From Lama guanicoe (taxonomy: Eukaryota), in NCBI GenBank assembly GCA_013239625.1, contig MU054117.1:3710677-3774676 (forward strand): a stretch of DNA of 64,000 nt. The letters run 5' to 3'. Under the pieces are notes generated by a model, which was not told the origin of the DNA, searched no databases, and was given only the letters and a program-made list of their open reading frames with translations. The position numbers and the translations under genes were made by a program. Each line of letters opens with the position of its first letter. The stretch's first letter is position 1. Of the stretch, positions 63,601 through 64,000 are shown one piece after another.

Positions 63601-64000
63601 AGGAGGGCGGGGGTGGGTATGTGTCGGGGAAAAGCAACGCCGCGCCGCGTTTCCTGGATTTCCCGACTCATACTTTCCCCCTGATGTCAGGAGCGCAGCA
63701 TCCTTCTGTCCTTTGGCAGCTTGGGTATGGCACCGAGAAATCCAGGATGAATGGGAGGCTCTGTGAGCAGAGCCCGGAACAGCTGGACATTGCTGGACAG
63801 GACTGCAGGGGCTGGTCAAACAGCGACGTCTGGCTCGCTCCCCCAGAGGCTTAAAAGTGGCGGTAAGGCCACTAAGACAATCCAGTCGGCTGCGGCCTGG
63901 CTGAGGCTCCCAGGACCCCGAACACTGGGCTGCGGAGATTGGGTTTCTTTTCCGTGGGAGTGAAAGAGGGAGGCTGGCGGGAGAGCCAGCTGTGTCCCTG

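Noticed and set aside
31100..64000. Many 60-180 aa ORFs downstream of KCNA5
   Set aside because: No recognisable protein motifs or consistent exon chain; compatible with chance ORFs in GC-rich, repeat-containing DNA.

Overview
Mammalian genomic DNA. The tRNA-derived SINEs look like the camelid family, so the source is probably a camel, llama or alpaca. There are two genes, both on the + strand. (1) KCNA5 (Kv1.5), intronless, 28766-31014, inside a CpG island. It is interrupted by a near-perfect 440-bp tandem duplication that shifts the frame; removing one copy restores a 602-aa Kv1.5. (2) A multi-exon, non-processed ELOVL fatty-acid elongase pseudogene at about 8.5-14.9 kb, which the ORF track misses. 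I rebuilt seven coding exons by hand from splice sites. The translation looks most like the Elovl8 clade known from fish rather than mammalian ELOVL1-7. It carries 3 premature stops, 2 frameshifts, a broken acceptor and a mutated histidine box. The rest is intergenic: two same-family solo LTRs in opposite orientation, each with its own 4-bp TSD; a 5'-inverted L1 with TSDs; an interstitial telomeric array; MER53, MER5A, MIR and MaLR relics; microsatellites; and several CTCF-like motifs. Family assignments come from recognising motifs by eye, not from database searches.
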